A stretch of DNA of 64,000 nt from Marsupella aquatica (lineage: Eukaryota; Plantae; Marchantiophyta): NCBI GenBank assembly GCA_973895155.1, contig OZ316893.1, positions 930,860 through 994,859 of the forward strand, in the 5' to 3' direction. This document shows, one piece after another, positions 40,101 to 51,612 of this stretch. Position numbers and translations under genes: made by a program. Every line of letters starts with the position of its first letter. The first letter of the stretch is position 1. The notes below the pieces were generated by a model, which worked only from the letters and a program-made list of their open reading frames with translations, searched no databases and had not been told where the DNA came from.

Positions 40101-40633
40101 GCACATTCAGCAAATTTCTAGTTTCGGGATGCTCATTAGCAATATGTTCACAGGGAAATGTCGATAGATCTAGGAATTCTGACATTGGAATGTTCTAGAG
40201 AAAAAGACAGAGTCTTTGCACCTGACGTTCCGTCACTGGTGTCTTTGCGCTGCCGACGTTCAGCCCCTTGTACACCTGCGATTAGGTCACGCAGAGAGAC
40301 TATAATAAGCCATACCAACCCAAACTTCCGGGAAAAAAGCATGAAATCCATATCCAAGACAGAGTCCCATTCATTGTGAATTGATGTCAACATTATAAAA
40401 CTAGGATCTGCAAAAATTTCACGCAGTAGACAGAAAGCAAGACGACCTACCTGGACAGAGTCCGCGCTGATGATTTCCCCTCCCAGACGCTTTGCCAATT
40501 CGATGGCGATTGAGCTCTTGCCTGCGCCCGTAGGCCCGCTGATTACTATCACCTTGCCCTTCTCCATGCGCGATGTTGTGGCTCGCATCATCGCCGCGCA
40601 ATGTAATGCACTGCTGCCTCGCTGCAGAAGCAT
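37194..40633 (-). CDS. IPT9: tRNA dimethylallyltransferase / isopentenyltransferase, MiaA-like IPT9 type, 11 exons
   Basis: Phase-compatible GT-AG exons: 40633-40451, 40275-40222, 39896-39854, 39677-39569, 39094-38899, 38782-38581, 38424-38336, 38032-37938, 37823-37748, 37602-37466, 37278-37194. Motifs [10 protein letters not shown] (P-loop), [59 protein letters not shown] and [12 protein letters not shown]. Start codon uncertain. Confidence 0.93.
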
Positions 40634-40820
40634 CGATGCTCAATCTTTGTAATACTTTGGTTCTGCCCTAAACCCAAAACCCCTTCACCGGTCGACCCCT
40701 CAACTTTAACGCTCATACTCCCGTACCCAACTATGGCAGAATTAAACAAAAAAAGGCTCAGACCAGGACTATGTGGCTGGCATAGTCGTGTACTGTTACA
40801 CTTCACAGCTAAGATTCACC

Positions 40821-42284
40821 AAAACCTCACCCTGCAAATCAACAAACAATCAAACAGCGACCCACGACATGAGAACCAAGCCGGAAAGAATTGTCGCAAC
40901 GTATGATTATTCGAGGGAGAAGATCTGACACGCAGGCAGGCGTTGTTACGAAATACACCTAAATGAGCGATCCAGGGACTTAATGTGACGAACGGCAGCG
41001 GTAGCAAAGTCAGGGCAAAGCTCAGACGTGGAAAGGCTGATCACAAATGGAATCTGGTAAAATTCAAAATGCAGTACGACTAAACTACCAAAATGTGCAC
41101 AAAATAAGGGGTGCAACGCTGTTCAACGGAACGGAATTCCTTAGCACACCAAATACAAAGGACGACTAGTCGGAAGCTCTAATCAAACAATTTAACGGAC
41201 TAATAAGAGACGTACCCGAAATGGAAGAAGCAAAATCTCAGAAACGGCCCCGGCCCTGCCGTCTACGCAATGAATGTAATCGACACCAACGGCGACGAAG
41301 TTCTAGACGTCGCAAAGACGACGATGATGATGCCCTCTGGAGTGAAGATTACCGAAATATGAACGAAATAAACTCAACCCAATCGGTCAGCTGGGCAGGG
41401 ATCGGATTCGCTCGAAGGGAGGTCAAAATCCAGGAACAGTGGTCGAGCTACAGTCGAGGCATTGAGAAAGAATAATTGATGATCATCACTAAATGTGCTC
41501 AAGCGAAACTTTTCAAGGCAAAAAAGAAACAAATCATGACTGCCCAGAAAAAAAGGAGGGGCTTTTGTGCAACAAGCTCAGACCATCTGGCTGGCGCGAT
41601 CGAGCAAAGCCTGTCACGAGGGTGCTGGTGTTATTGTGTTGTTGGGAAGTTGAGGGAGGTAGCTCGGTAGGGGGGCAGCTTTAGAATTTCGAGAGTACTG
41701 CAGTGGGCTCCACTGAGGTGCGGTGCGATGAGGTGAGCCTGTGAGGTGAGGACAGCAACAGCATACAAAAAAGGACTGGATGAATGGGTCTCCACTACAA
41801 ACAGACGTGAAACACTGTTCGGTACTCAGTATTCAGTAGTAACATGGAGGACCGGCTATGGGGGAACTCAATTTAATGTAAAAGTCGAGCCGTGCATCAA
41901 GGGAAGTAAAATTTCTGATCATTGGGGAACTCCCAAGCTCCCTTGTAAGAGCCTCATGGGTAGTAAAATTTATTATCTCACATGGAAGACCAGCTATGGC
42001 CTATGGGGGGAACTCTCTTGTAAGAGCCTCAGGGGTTGTAAAATTTATGATCCCACATGGAAGACCTGCTATGGGAGGGGGGGACTCTCTTGTAAGAGCC
42101 TCATGGAAAACCTGCTATGGGGGGAGGGGGGGAACTCTCTTGTAAGAGCCAGCTTGTGCCTCATGCTAAGAAATAGGATTCTCAGACCTGAAGGGCTGCA
42201 AAACTTTGCTGACCCAAATATCTCGAAGATCGGTTTTGGAAGTGGATCGCGAGTGCAAAACTACCTCTTTGTGAGTCTGCTACT
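40821..42284 (-). repeat. Left arm of inverted duplication (copy of the OEP40 upstream region and 5' intron), directly upstream of IPT
   Basis: Reverse complement of ~51613-53690. Near-identical translations 40816-41007(-) vs 53504-53695(+) and 41476-41670(+) vs 52329-52631(-). Includes an array of ~67-bp repeats at ~41850-42150. Confidence 0.95.
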
Positions 42285-42459
42285 TTGGTCCTGGCGAGAG
42301 ATAACGTAGACAAAATCGAGAGGTTTGAGATGCCCTAAGACATCCGGACTCCCTGTAACAAACAGTGAACACAAACCAAGATATATATAATTATTTGTTT
42401 GTGCCACTTGGTTAGGGTTGCAAAAACCTTATCTTGGTTTGTATTCTAGCTATAGAGAG

Positions 42460-42880
42460 TGTTGAGCATAGACGACGATCGCAACGGCAAGCCCATGAAC
42501 CATCCAACGCACAATAGTCGACACAAGAGATACGTGGTTCACCTCCTTGAGGCTACGTCCACGGGAACACACAAGAGAGCTTTACTGAACTCTAAGCCCG
42601 TCGGCTATACCGAGTCTCCACAGTGTACGCTCTCCCTATCTCTCAAGTGGCTCCATAACAATGAGCCTTGGTTCTACCTCTCCAAGCACACATGCCTCTT
42701 ATGATATAGTGTGCAACTTAGTTGTACCTAACCACATAGTTGTACCTAATCACGTAGTTGTACCTAACCACATAGTTGTACCTAATCACGTAGTTGTACC
42801 TAACCACGTAGTTGTACCAACCCACGTTGTTGTACCAACCACGTCATACCTAACCTAGACGTAAGAGTAAATACCCAACA
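42460..42880 (-). repeat. 3' LTR of copia element 1, containing ~7 copies of an 18-bp unit (GTTGTACCTAA(C/T)CAC(A/G)TA)
   Basis: Identical to 48390-48810. Adjacent polypurine tract AAGGGGAAGA on the minus strand at 42882-42891. Confidence 0.97.
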
Positions 42881-43071
42881 ATCTTCCCCTTGACTCTGGT
42901 CTAGGGGAGAGTAATACTGCCAATGTATATGATCCCTCAGCGGGAAGTTCTGGACAGAAACCAAACCGGTTTCCCTCTCTAACTAGAGCAAACCAGAACT
43001 AAGCCGTAGCCTAATACATAGGAATGAGGAAGAGCATATATCAGTAATTACAATGAATGTTTAAGAAAACT

Positions 43072-46000
43072 CTACTTGTGATGCAATTGCAAAACCTGCA
43101 ATACGTCACGGTGTCTAGAGAAACTCTCCAAAGAAATCACTTTGGTAAATGCGTCAGCCGGGTTGAGTTTACCATCAATCTTGACTAGCTCAAACAAATT
43201 ATCAGACACAGCCTGCCTGATAAAATGGTACCTGACGTCAATGTGCTTCACTCTGCTGTCCATCACCTGGTTCACAGCAAGGTGGAGCGCACTTTGACTA
43301 TCACAATGGAGCTTCACATTCCCCTGTGGCAATCCCATTTCAGTGATAAGTCTATCCAACCAAATCGCTTCCTTTGCTGCTTCCGCAGCTGCAACATACT
43401 CCGCTTCTGTAGTAGACTGAGCAATACACTTCTGCAAGTAGTAGACCTCTAACTTATGCATCCACCGCCAAGTGTGAACACGTATCCTGTTGTTGATCTC
43501 CTTCGGTCCAAATCTTGTCCATAGTCAGAATCTACATAGCCAATCAATGATCTAGCATTCTTTGCATTCGCATCAAATAAAAGACCATGATCCACGGTAC
43601 CCTTCAAGTACCTGATAATCCACTTCACTGCTTCCCAGTGTACCTTCCCTGGATTCGACATGTACCTGCTCACCTTGCCCATAGCCATGGCAAGATCAGG
43701 TCTAGTGCAAGTCATCAAATACATGAGACTCCCCACTGCCTTGTCATATGGAACCTTTGACATCAACCCCTTCTCTGTGTCATCCGTAGGACAGAACGCT
43801 GATGATAACTTGAAGTGTGGAGCCAACGGGGTACTTACTGGCTTGCTATTCTCCATGTTGAACCTTGCAATTACCTTCCTCGCATAACTGCTCTGCGTCA
43901 ACCATAGCTTGCCAGCCTCCAAGTCCCTAGTGATCTCCATACCCAAAATCCTCTTAGCTGGCCCTAAGTCCTTCATCTTAAACTCTGCACTAAGCAGTGC
44001 CTTGAGCTTAACAATCTCAGACCTATCCTTGGCTGCAATTAGCATGTCATCCACATAAAGTACTAAAACAATGAACCCAACGACAACATTCTTCACCGGT
44101 TTCAAATACACACAAGGGTCAAATACACTTCTGTGAAAACCTTGTGACCGAATCCAATCGTCAAACCGCTTGTTCCACTGTCTTGGTGACTGCTTCAACC
44201 CATACAAGGATTTCAGCAATCTGCAAACCAATTCCTCCTATCCTCTGTTCACAAAACCTAGCGGTTGTCTCATGAAGATCACCTCTTCCAATGTGCCATA
44301 GAGGAAAGCTGTGACAACATCCATCTGATCTAGGAGCAGACCAAACATTACAACAAGTACACACAATAGTCGTATTGTAGAGTACTTAGCAACTGGTGAG
44401 AAGACCTCATTGTAATCCACACCTTTCTCTTGTGTGAATCCCTTTGCTACCAATCTAGCCTTGTAGACCTTCGATCCACCTCCTATGGAATTATCCTTCA
44501 GCTTGTAAATCCACTTGCTGTCCACCACTTGCTGACCCTTAGGCAGCTTAACAAGCTCCCAAGTTTTGTTGTCCTTTAGTGACTACATCTCCGTTTGCAT
44601 TGCTGCAGTCCACTTCTACTTCTCCTTTGAAGCACTTGCCTCATGAAATGAAGAAGGTTCTCCTTCTTCCAAAATTAACGCATCACCCTCATCATCAGCT
44701 GTAAAATCATCCTCTTGCAGTTGAGATGAATCAACCCACTGTCCATACCTTGGTGGAGCGCGTACAGTGCGACCAGATGTTCTTCTAGCCGATGACTCTG
44801 GTTGATCTGCGTGTGCTGGTACAATTTGAAGCTCAACAGCATCCACTTGCTGCTCACCAGCATCAACAAACTCCTCTGGTTCCTCTGGCACAGGAACCAG
44901 CTCCATAATTGGAGCAACTCCTTCTCTCCGGTCATGCACCTCATAACCAATCTCCCCCTCAACGAGATCCGGGATATGAGATTTTCCTTTGTCAGTACGG
45001 GAGACCTGAGTATTCTCCCCCTCCTTCAATAATCTGGATTCATTGAAGGAAACATCCCTACTAACAACGAGCTTACAGGCAATAGAATCCCATAGCCTAT
45101 AGGCTTTCACACCACTCTGGTACCCAAGAAAAACACATTTCCTGGAGGTAGGATCCAACTTGGTCCTATTCTGCTTTGGTGTGAGAGCATATGCATCACT
45201 TCCAAAAACTACCAAGCCATGATAGTCTGCTTGCCGCTTATAGCGCATCTCAAACGGCGTTTTGAAATTGATAGCACTAGAAGGAGAAAGATTTACCAAA
45301 TAAGCTGCGGTATTGACAGCTTCTGCCCAAAATTCTTGTGGTAAACCTGATTGGCTCAACATACTCCGTGGCCGCTCCAACAGTGTCCGATTGAGCCTCT
45401 CAGCGACACCATTCTGCTGCGGAGTATAAACTGTGGTGAGATGGCGAGTTATCCCCGGTTCTGAACAGTACTCTTCAAATTCCATTGAAGTGTATTCCCC
45501 GCCGTTGTCTGACCTCAGACTCTTCACCCTTGTATCCAAACACTTGATCGTGTTTCCAGTCTGATTCTCCACCTGGGCCTTCCACTTCTTAAAAATGGAC
45601 AAGACATCAGACTTATGCGTCATGAAATAAATCCACACAAATCTTGAGTAATCATCAATAAATGATACATAGTACAACTTTCCAGAGTGTGAGGGAGTCG
45701 GGGATGGACCCCACACGTCACTATGTATGTACTCAAGAACCGCTTTGGAACGATGAGTTCCAACACCAAAAGCACGACGATGCTGCTTTCCAAGAATGCA
45801 ATGCTCACAAAACTCTAATTTACAAGATTGCAAATCAGAAATGAGTCCATTCTTCCGTAAGATAGCCAAACCCTTCTCACTCATGTGGCCTAGCCGTGAA
45901 TGCCACAGTTGAGTCATCTCCTCGTGAGACTTGGTTACATTGGCCTCTCCACATACAGTATTGCCCTGTAACACATACAAATTCTTTTGTCTACTCCCCT

Positions 46001-46346
46001 TCAAAATCACTGTCTCTCCCGACCTGACTTGAAGTTCACCATCAATAACGCTCCATTGATGACCATTTGAATCCAACACACCGAGTGAAATCAGATTCTT
46101 ACGCATGCCAGGTACATACCTGACTCCGGATACTGTGCGCACAGCGCCATCAAACATTTGAATCTTCACAGACCCAATTCCCTCAATTTGACAGGAGTGA
46201 TCATTTCCCATCAGAACTGAACCGTTTGAAACAGAGTAAGAACTGAAATACTCACGAATGTAACAAATATGAAAAGAGCAAGCACAATCAAGAATCCACA
46301 CATCATCTGCTCTCCTAGATGACGTGCACAGGGCATACCCCCGGCT
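43072..46346 (-). pseudogene. pol: copia pol (protease, GAG-pre-integrase, integrase, RT, RNase H) with four TAG stops and one frameshift
   Basis: Motifs WILDCACSFHI, LWHSRLGHMSEKG, YIHSDVWGP, LRSDNGGEY, QQNGVAERLNRTL, YKARLVAKGF, LYVDDML, STTEAEY and HIDVRYHFIR. Stops at 44616, 44583, 44238 and 43449; frameshift near 43440. Confidence 0.95.
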
Positions 46347-47381
46347 TCATAAAACATACTCATCATTGAGTAAATCAGCTTCTCCATCAGCCCTAGCCAC
46401 ATTTGCCGATGAAGTTTCCGCTGCCTTTCCCTTACAGTCTTGCTTGAAGTGTCCAACTTGGTTGCACTTCCAACATGTCACCTGCCTCCTCTGAGGGGAT
46501 TTACCCTTGGACTTAGATCTGGATTTAGATCTAAACTGGGTTCTACGGTCCCCAATTGGTCGCTGCATACTCCTCCCACGGTTAACATTGAGGGCAGCAC
46601 CAGATGATGAAGGCTGTGACGTGATGTGCATCTTCTGTTGAAGATCATCACTAAGCAGAGAACTTACCACGTCATTGTATGAAATGGTATCCCTATCACG
46701 ATGCAACAACACTCGTGATAGGGACTGGTAAGATGGAGGCAATGAACTAAGAAGTTGCAGAGCCTTCGTCTCATCATTCAAAGTCTTCCCAAGGTTTTCC
46801 AAGTCAACAACCATGTCGTTGAAAGCATCCACATGGTCTTGCAACTTCGTACCAGATTCTTTCATCCTGAAACTCATCAGTTTGTAGGAAGTGTAGAGCC
46901 GGTTCGACAACTCCTTGCGGTGATACTTGCTCTGCAATTCCGCAAACAAGGACATGCAATCCTTATGTGCACCCAACTGCTTGATGATGGGAGGCATGAG
47001 ATAGAGTGTAACACACCACACTCCCTGCTCCTGCATGCGGTCCCATTGTTTCTCATCAACATCGTCTTCACGAGGGCTCAGCAGTTGGCCCATCCCTGAC
47101 GCATAAAGCACTCCCTTCACCTGCTTCTCCCATAGCAAGTAGTCAGAGCGCCCATCATACTTTGTCACTTCATACTTGGGTCCCCCAAGCTTGAAAGTCC
47201 CCATCTTCTTCTTTACCGTGAGCTCCGGTAGTAGCACTGCTTCCTCCACCACACGCCGCACCGGTGATGGTATCGGTGTCACGTGCTCTTCCTCCTGCTC
47301 CTCTCTCTGCCCCTGAAACCTCCGCGGTGATCCTCGTGCTTCAAGTTCCACGTCTTCAAAAAACTCCTCCGAATCACTCAT
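46347..47381 (-). CDS. gag: copia Gag (344 aa, intact) with a CCHC zinc knuckle
   Basis: KYDGRSDYLLWEKQV, LQLLSSLPPSY and CWKCNQVGHFKQDC. Confidence 0.93.
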   Translation of the reverse strand: MSDSEEFFEDVELEARGSPRRFQGQREEQEEEHVTPIPSPVRRVVEEAVLLPELTVKKKMGTFKLGGPKYEVTKYDGRSDYLLWEKQVKGVLYASGMGQLLSPREDDVDEKQWDRMQEQGVWCVTLYLMPPIIKQLGAHKDCMSLFAELQSKYHRKELSNRLYTSYKLMSFRMKESGTKLQDHVDAFNDMVVDLENLGKTLNDETKALQLLSSLPPSYQSLSRVLLHRDRDTISYNDVVSSLLSDDLQQKMHITSQPSSSGAALNVNRGRSMQRPIGDRRTQFRSKSRSKSKGKSPQRRQVTCWKCNQVGHFKQDCKGKAAETSSANVARADGEADLLNDEYVL

Positions 47382-48375
47382 ATGAGAAAGTCACAAAAAA
47401 TGTTGTTTTTCACAACTTCTCAAAAAACTCGAAACTCAACACCGCCGCGTAGCCCACAAAGCTAGGAGTCCAATACTGAAAACCGAAATCAAAATCGAAA
47501 TTTGACGGAAAAGTTATTCAAATTTTGGTCGAGGTGGGTAAAACCTTGGGAAACTCCCCCGTTTTGACCACCTCAGGGAATAACCGAAATACCAAGTACA
47601 ACCCGTTGTCGGAATTGCGATGTGATTGGTGCGCTGCATTGCCAACTTCAATGGCTATGACCTCGCCGAAAAATAACCAAAAAAGTTACCGTTCGGCGGA
47701 TGAAATCTTTGTCGGACGGTCAAAAAATAGCTCTCTAGTTTTTTGGAATATTCTATGACCCTTGTACAGGCCCTGTGGGAATTTTGGAAGAACAATCGAG
47801 GGGCTGACATGTGTCCTCGAACCCCCAAAACCCCCTACCACCTTTCGTCGTCGAAATCTGGTCGCGCGCGCAGAAAATTCACACGGCAGAATGTACCCCT
47901 CGATACCAAACGCAAGATATCTCACTCGGGTTTTGACGAAATCAAGATCCGATTTCAGATTTGGAAACTTGTCAACAACGAATGTTGATCAATTGCACTT
48001 GGTGCCGTCACCAAGTCCAACAAGGTAATTGATTTTGCTTAGCCTTCCTCTTTGCATCAAAGAGCCAATCCCGGACTCAAAAACAATTGTCTTGCCTCAA
48101 TCTCTCCGTTGAGTCAAAACACTTGACGCTTCTCCCTCCGAGTCGATTGCCAACTTTCTTCACAAAATCCAGAAGGACAAAAACTTAGATCTCTCTGCAC
48201 CACGAGCTCCGTTCAACGATTTCTTCACACCGTTAGAAAGCTCTTGCCCTGATCTATCCGTTGAGCCCATAAACTCCAAGTTCCATGCGATGGAACTCTG
48301 GAAAATCCACCAACATTCAACGCTGGAAAAACCGTCATGAAATCCCGTCACGAACACACGTCACCTCCCAAGCAT

Positions 48376-48387
48376 GCTCTGATACCA
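48376..48387 (-). promoter_or_regulatory. Primer-binding site complementary to the 3' end of initiator tRNA-Met
   Basis: TGGTATCAGAGC on the minus strand, 2 nt from the 5' LTR. Confidence 0.95.
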
Positions 48388-48389
48388 AT

Positions 48390-48810
48390 TGTTGAGCATA
48401 GACGACGATCGCAACGGCAAGCCCATGAACCATCCAACGCACAATAGTCGACACAAGAGATACGTGGTTCACCTCCTTGAGGCTACGTCCACGGGAACAC
48501 ACAAGAGAGCTTTACTGAACTCTAAGCCCGTCGGCTATACCGAGTCTCCACAGTGTACGCTCTCCCTATCTCTCAAGTGGCTCCATAACAATGAGCCTTG
48601 GTTCTACCTCTCCAAGCACACATGCCTCTTATGATATAGTGTGCAACTTAGTTGTACCTAACCACATAGTTGTACCTAATCACGTAGTTGTACCTAACCA
48701 CATAGTTGTACCTAATCACGTAGTTGTACCTAACCACGTAGTTGTACCAACCCACGTTGTTGTACCAACCACGTCATACCTAACCTAGACGTAAGAGTAA
48801 ATACCCAACA
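48390..48810 (-). repeat. 5' LTR of copia element 1
   Basis: Identical to 42460-42880 and adjacent to the PBS. Confidence 0.97.
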
Positions 48811-51612
48811 GAGAGGTCATGATTAACTGTTAGATTTTTATTATGGACTAGTCTGTGATAAGAGCTCATGCAAAGTAAAATTTATGATCTGATAAGCACA
48901 CCACAATTTCTCTCCCCTTTTCTGCCAGTTACTTACCTTCTTAACAGAGTTACTGGGGGGTCTGACAGTCCTACTTAAAACAAGGACAATCTGATGGTTC
49001 AGAAACATCTGTCAGGACAATAAGAAGCAAATCTACCTCCTTCAAAAATTAATGAATGAACATCTACATCTATAATATTGAATCCCGTTCATTTTTGTCC
49101 TTCATCCCATTACAAAATGTCTTTTGAGGCAAAAGCCCAAAACATTTGGCCACAACATATAGTGTGGCACAATAGAAATTGGCAGTGAACACTTTTCCTG
49201 TAGCAATTAGCTATAATTATAGCTCAGCTGCCCAAAACTTTAGCATCCTAGTAGGTCATAAGAGTTGCATTGACAAACTTAGTTGATGGGCTTCAAGCAG
49301 GTCATGAGCTTTGACATGACCAAGCAATCCTTTGTTAAAACAAAATCAACCCATCAAAATGCTGATGCACATGGAGTGGCCAAAGCCTGACCTGCTTTAT
49401 GTATGACCCTAAAACATCCAAACATATTTTAACTACTTTGCCACTAAAGTTGTCTAGAATTACAATACTAGTACTATATCTTTAATTTATATAACTAATC
49501 ATGATGAGAAGCTAGTGTTAGGCTTCTAGAGTGAATCCTCTAGAACATGACTCTATGCCCCACCAAATTGTATGCTAATGGAAGAAAGGTGTGATATGAT
49601 GTATGTCAAAATGATGATCAACATGATGATTTTTGTCATCATTTCCATTAACATTCAAAAAATGGACATTCACACTGATATTAATAATATTGCCATGGTT
49701 TTACAATGTGGGTCCATACACACAACAAACAAGGTAACATGAAAAGGGTTCACCATCGCAACCTTGTACTACATTTGTGGCAGTATTATGAATACTGAAA
49801 TAGAGTGGGAGTATGATAATAGACAACTTTAGTGGCAATTTAAATGAAAACTGAAGATACAAATTAGATTGACCATAGATTGGAAAAACTTCCAGAAAAA
49901 TGGCTGATGTTCAATGGCAAACTCCTCAACTCCTACTTGAGATTTGGGGGGATTTCCTCTTTGCCCTCTGCTGTTGCACAAGACTCTTGGCTGCCTCTAA
50001 TTCCTTTTGCCGCAATGCTTCAGTAGCTCTTGCTTTTGGCTATAACTTGTTTTTCTCAGCCTTTGTATATTTTGGCTTAGTTATCTCTTGATGTATTGTC
50101 TAGGTGCCTTGGCTGTGAGACGTGAATTACTGAAGGCTTTCATTGCTCTCACTTATCTTTTCTCGCTTTCATCAACCTCTCACTATAGTTCTCTGCCGTT
50201 TTGCGCTGTTTGGGAGATGGTTCTTCATGAAGATATCCTCTTCTTTCCTTCTGCACATTACATTGTGTTTGTGGTCTGGTCCCTGTAGTTATTGTCCTAT
50301 GCCAACATTGTGTACAGTGACTATTCTCAATGAACTCTTGAGTTTGTGTTGTGCCAAAAGAACTAAACACATAGAATATATGCTTTGCCTTCCCCATCAT
50401 GCTATGTAGTCCAAGATAGCAACAAATCATAGACATTTGGCTAGTCAGGATTGGGGCCCGAGTATGAGTCATGCTTGCACATTGAGCTCTAGCTTCAAGT
50501 TGGTAGCCATTAGCCTTTCTAGTTATTTGTAAGATCCACATCTTTCCACCCATCCACACAACTGACACTGAGAATACAAAAATGTTTACTTACTAATGTT
50601 TTATTGACTGGATAGTCAATGCCTCCCTGAAAAATCTTGATCACAGATTAGAAATTTTGTTGTTTCCCTACCCCCCCCCCCCCCCATCAACAATAAAAAC
50701 TAATTCTTTTCAGTTTTTATGATGTAAGTGATGATCTATTTGTGATGTTCTTTGATAAAGCTTGAGTAGCGTTTGTGCCTTAAAAACAGATTAACCTGTA
50801 TGTAGAATAAGTATGACGTCAATGTTTTGTCAAGAGCAAAGAGATTCCCAAATGATATATACAGAGACAAATCTTGTATAATAATTTGGACATCTCCCAT
50901 GCGTTTGGCATGGGGTTTTACTTGTGATGACTTTTTTCATTGCTACAATAGCTTTCAAGTGTACAAGCCACATGAAGCCTCCCAAAGATGAATAATACCA
51001 AAGTGGACTATTTTGTATGTATGGGAGACTTAATATCAATGTCTTCACACTATATGATTAGTGGACCCCATAGCTAGCTACTACAATGAAGGCATGATGA
51101 TGTCTGGTTGTGGATTTGGAATCTGGTCTTGATGGAGTACTAGATTATATATATATATATATACTCCAGGGGATGGGCAAGGTTCTTTTTTTCCATGAAA
51201 GGCAAATTGACTTGAGCCCTCCTATGAGTATATATCACAGTTCCCAAGGGCAAAAAACGCCAAAACCAGGAGACATGATCCCAAAAGCAAAGCAACCCAA
51301 TGAAGGGGAGGAAAAGAGAAGAAATATCCCCTCCTATGAGGTTTGTAAGGGAGCTCTACCAGGCTTTCCAGTCTGGGCTTTAGTTTCTTAGCCATTGTTG
51401 GGTACTTGTGGGTTTTTTGGATCTTAGTTGGGCTTTTTCGCTCTTTGGTCTATAGGGGCTTTTCCATTGTTTTTTCTCCTTGGTGGCTTTCTTGCCTTAG
51501 TTTGGAATCTTGGCTGCCAGTTTGACACTTTTCATTCTTTGTCAGTTTGATATATATCTGATACAAACAAATTAGGTTGGAGGTGGTTATCTGAGGTGCA
51601 TTTTGTTTTTGG

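Larger units (their letters stand above)
42460..48810 (-). mobile_element. Full-length Ty1/copia LTR retrotransposon (6351 bp), recent insertion with a defective pol
   Basis: 421-bp TG...CA LTRs, identical by eye. TSD GAGAG at 42455-42459 and 48811-48815. PBS and PPT present; domain order gag-PR-IN-RT-RNaseH. Confidence 0.98.

Noticed and set aside
41746-42309. 187-aa ORF with internal repeats
   Set aside because: Translation of the ~67-bp tandem array; the frame is not preserved in the right arm.
42661-42858. ORF with VVPNH repeats (also at 48591-48788)
   Set aside because: Incidental translation of the 18-bp tandem array inside the LTRs.
49870-50570. 139-aa minus-strand ORF with an adjacent charged tract
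   Set aside because: Could be a decayed transposase tail, but no catalytic motif or termini were found.
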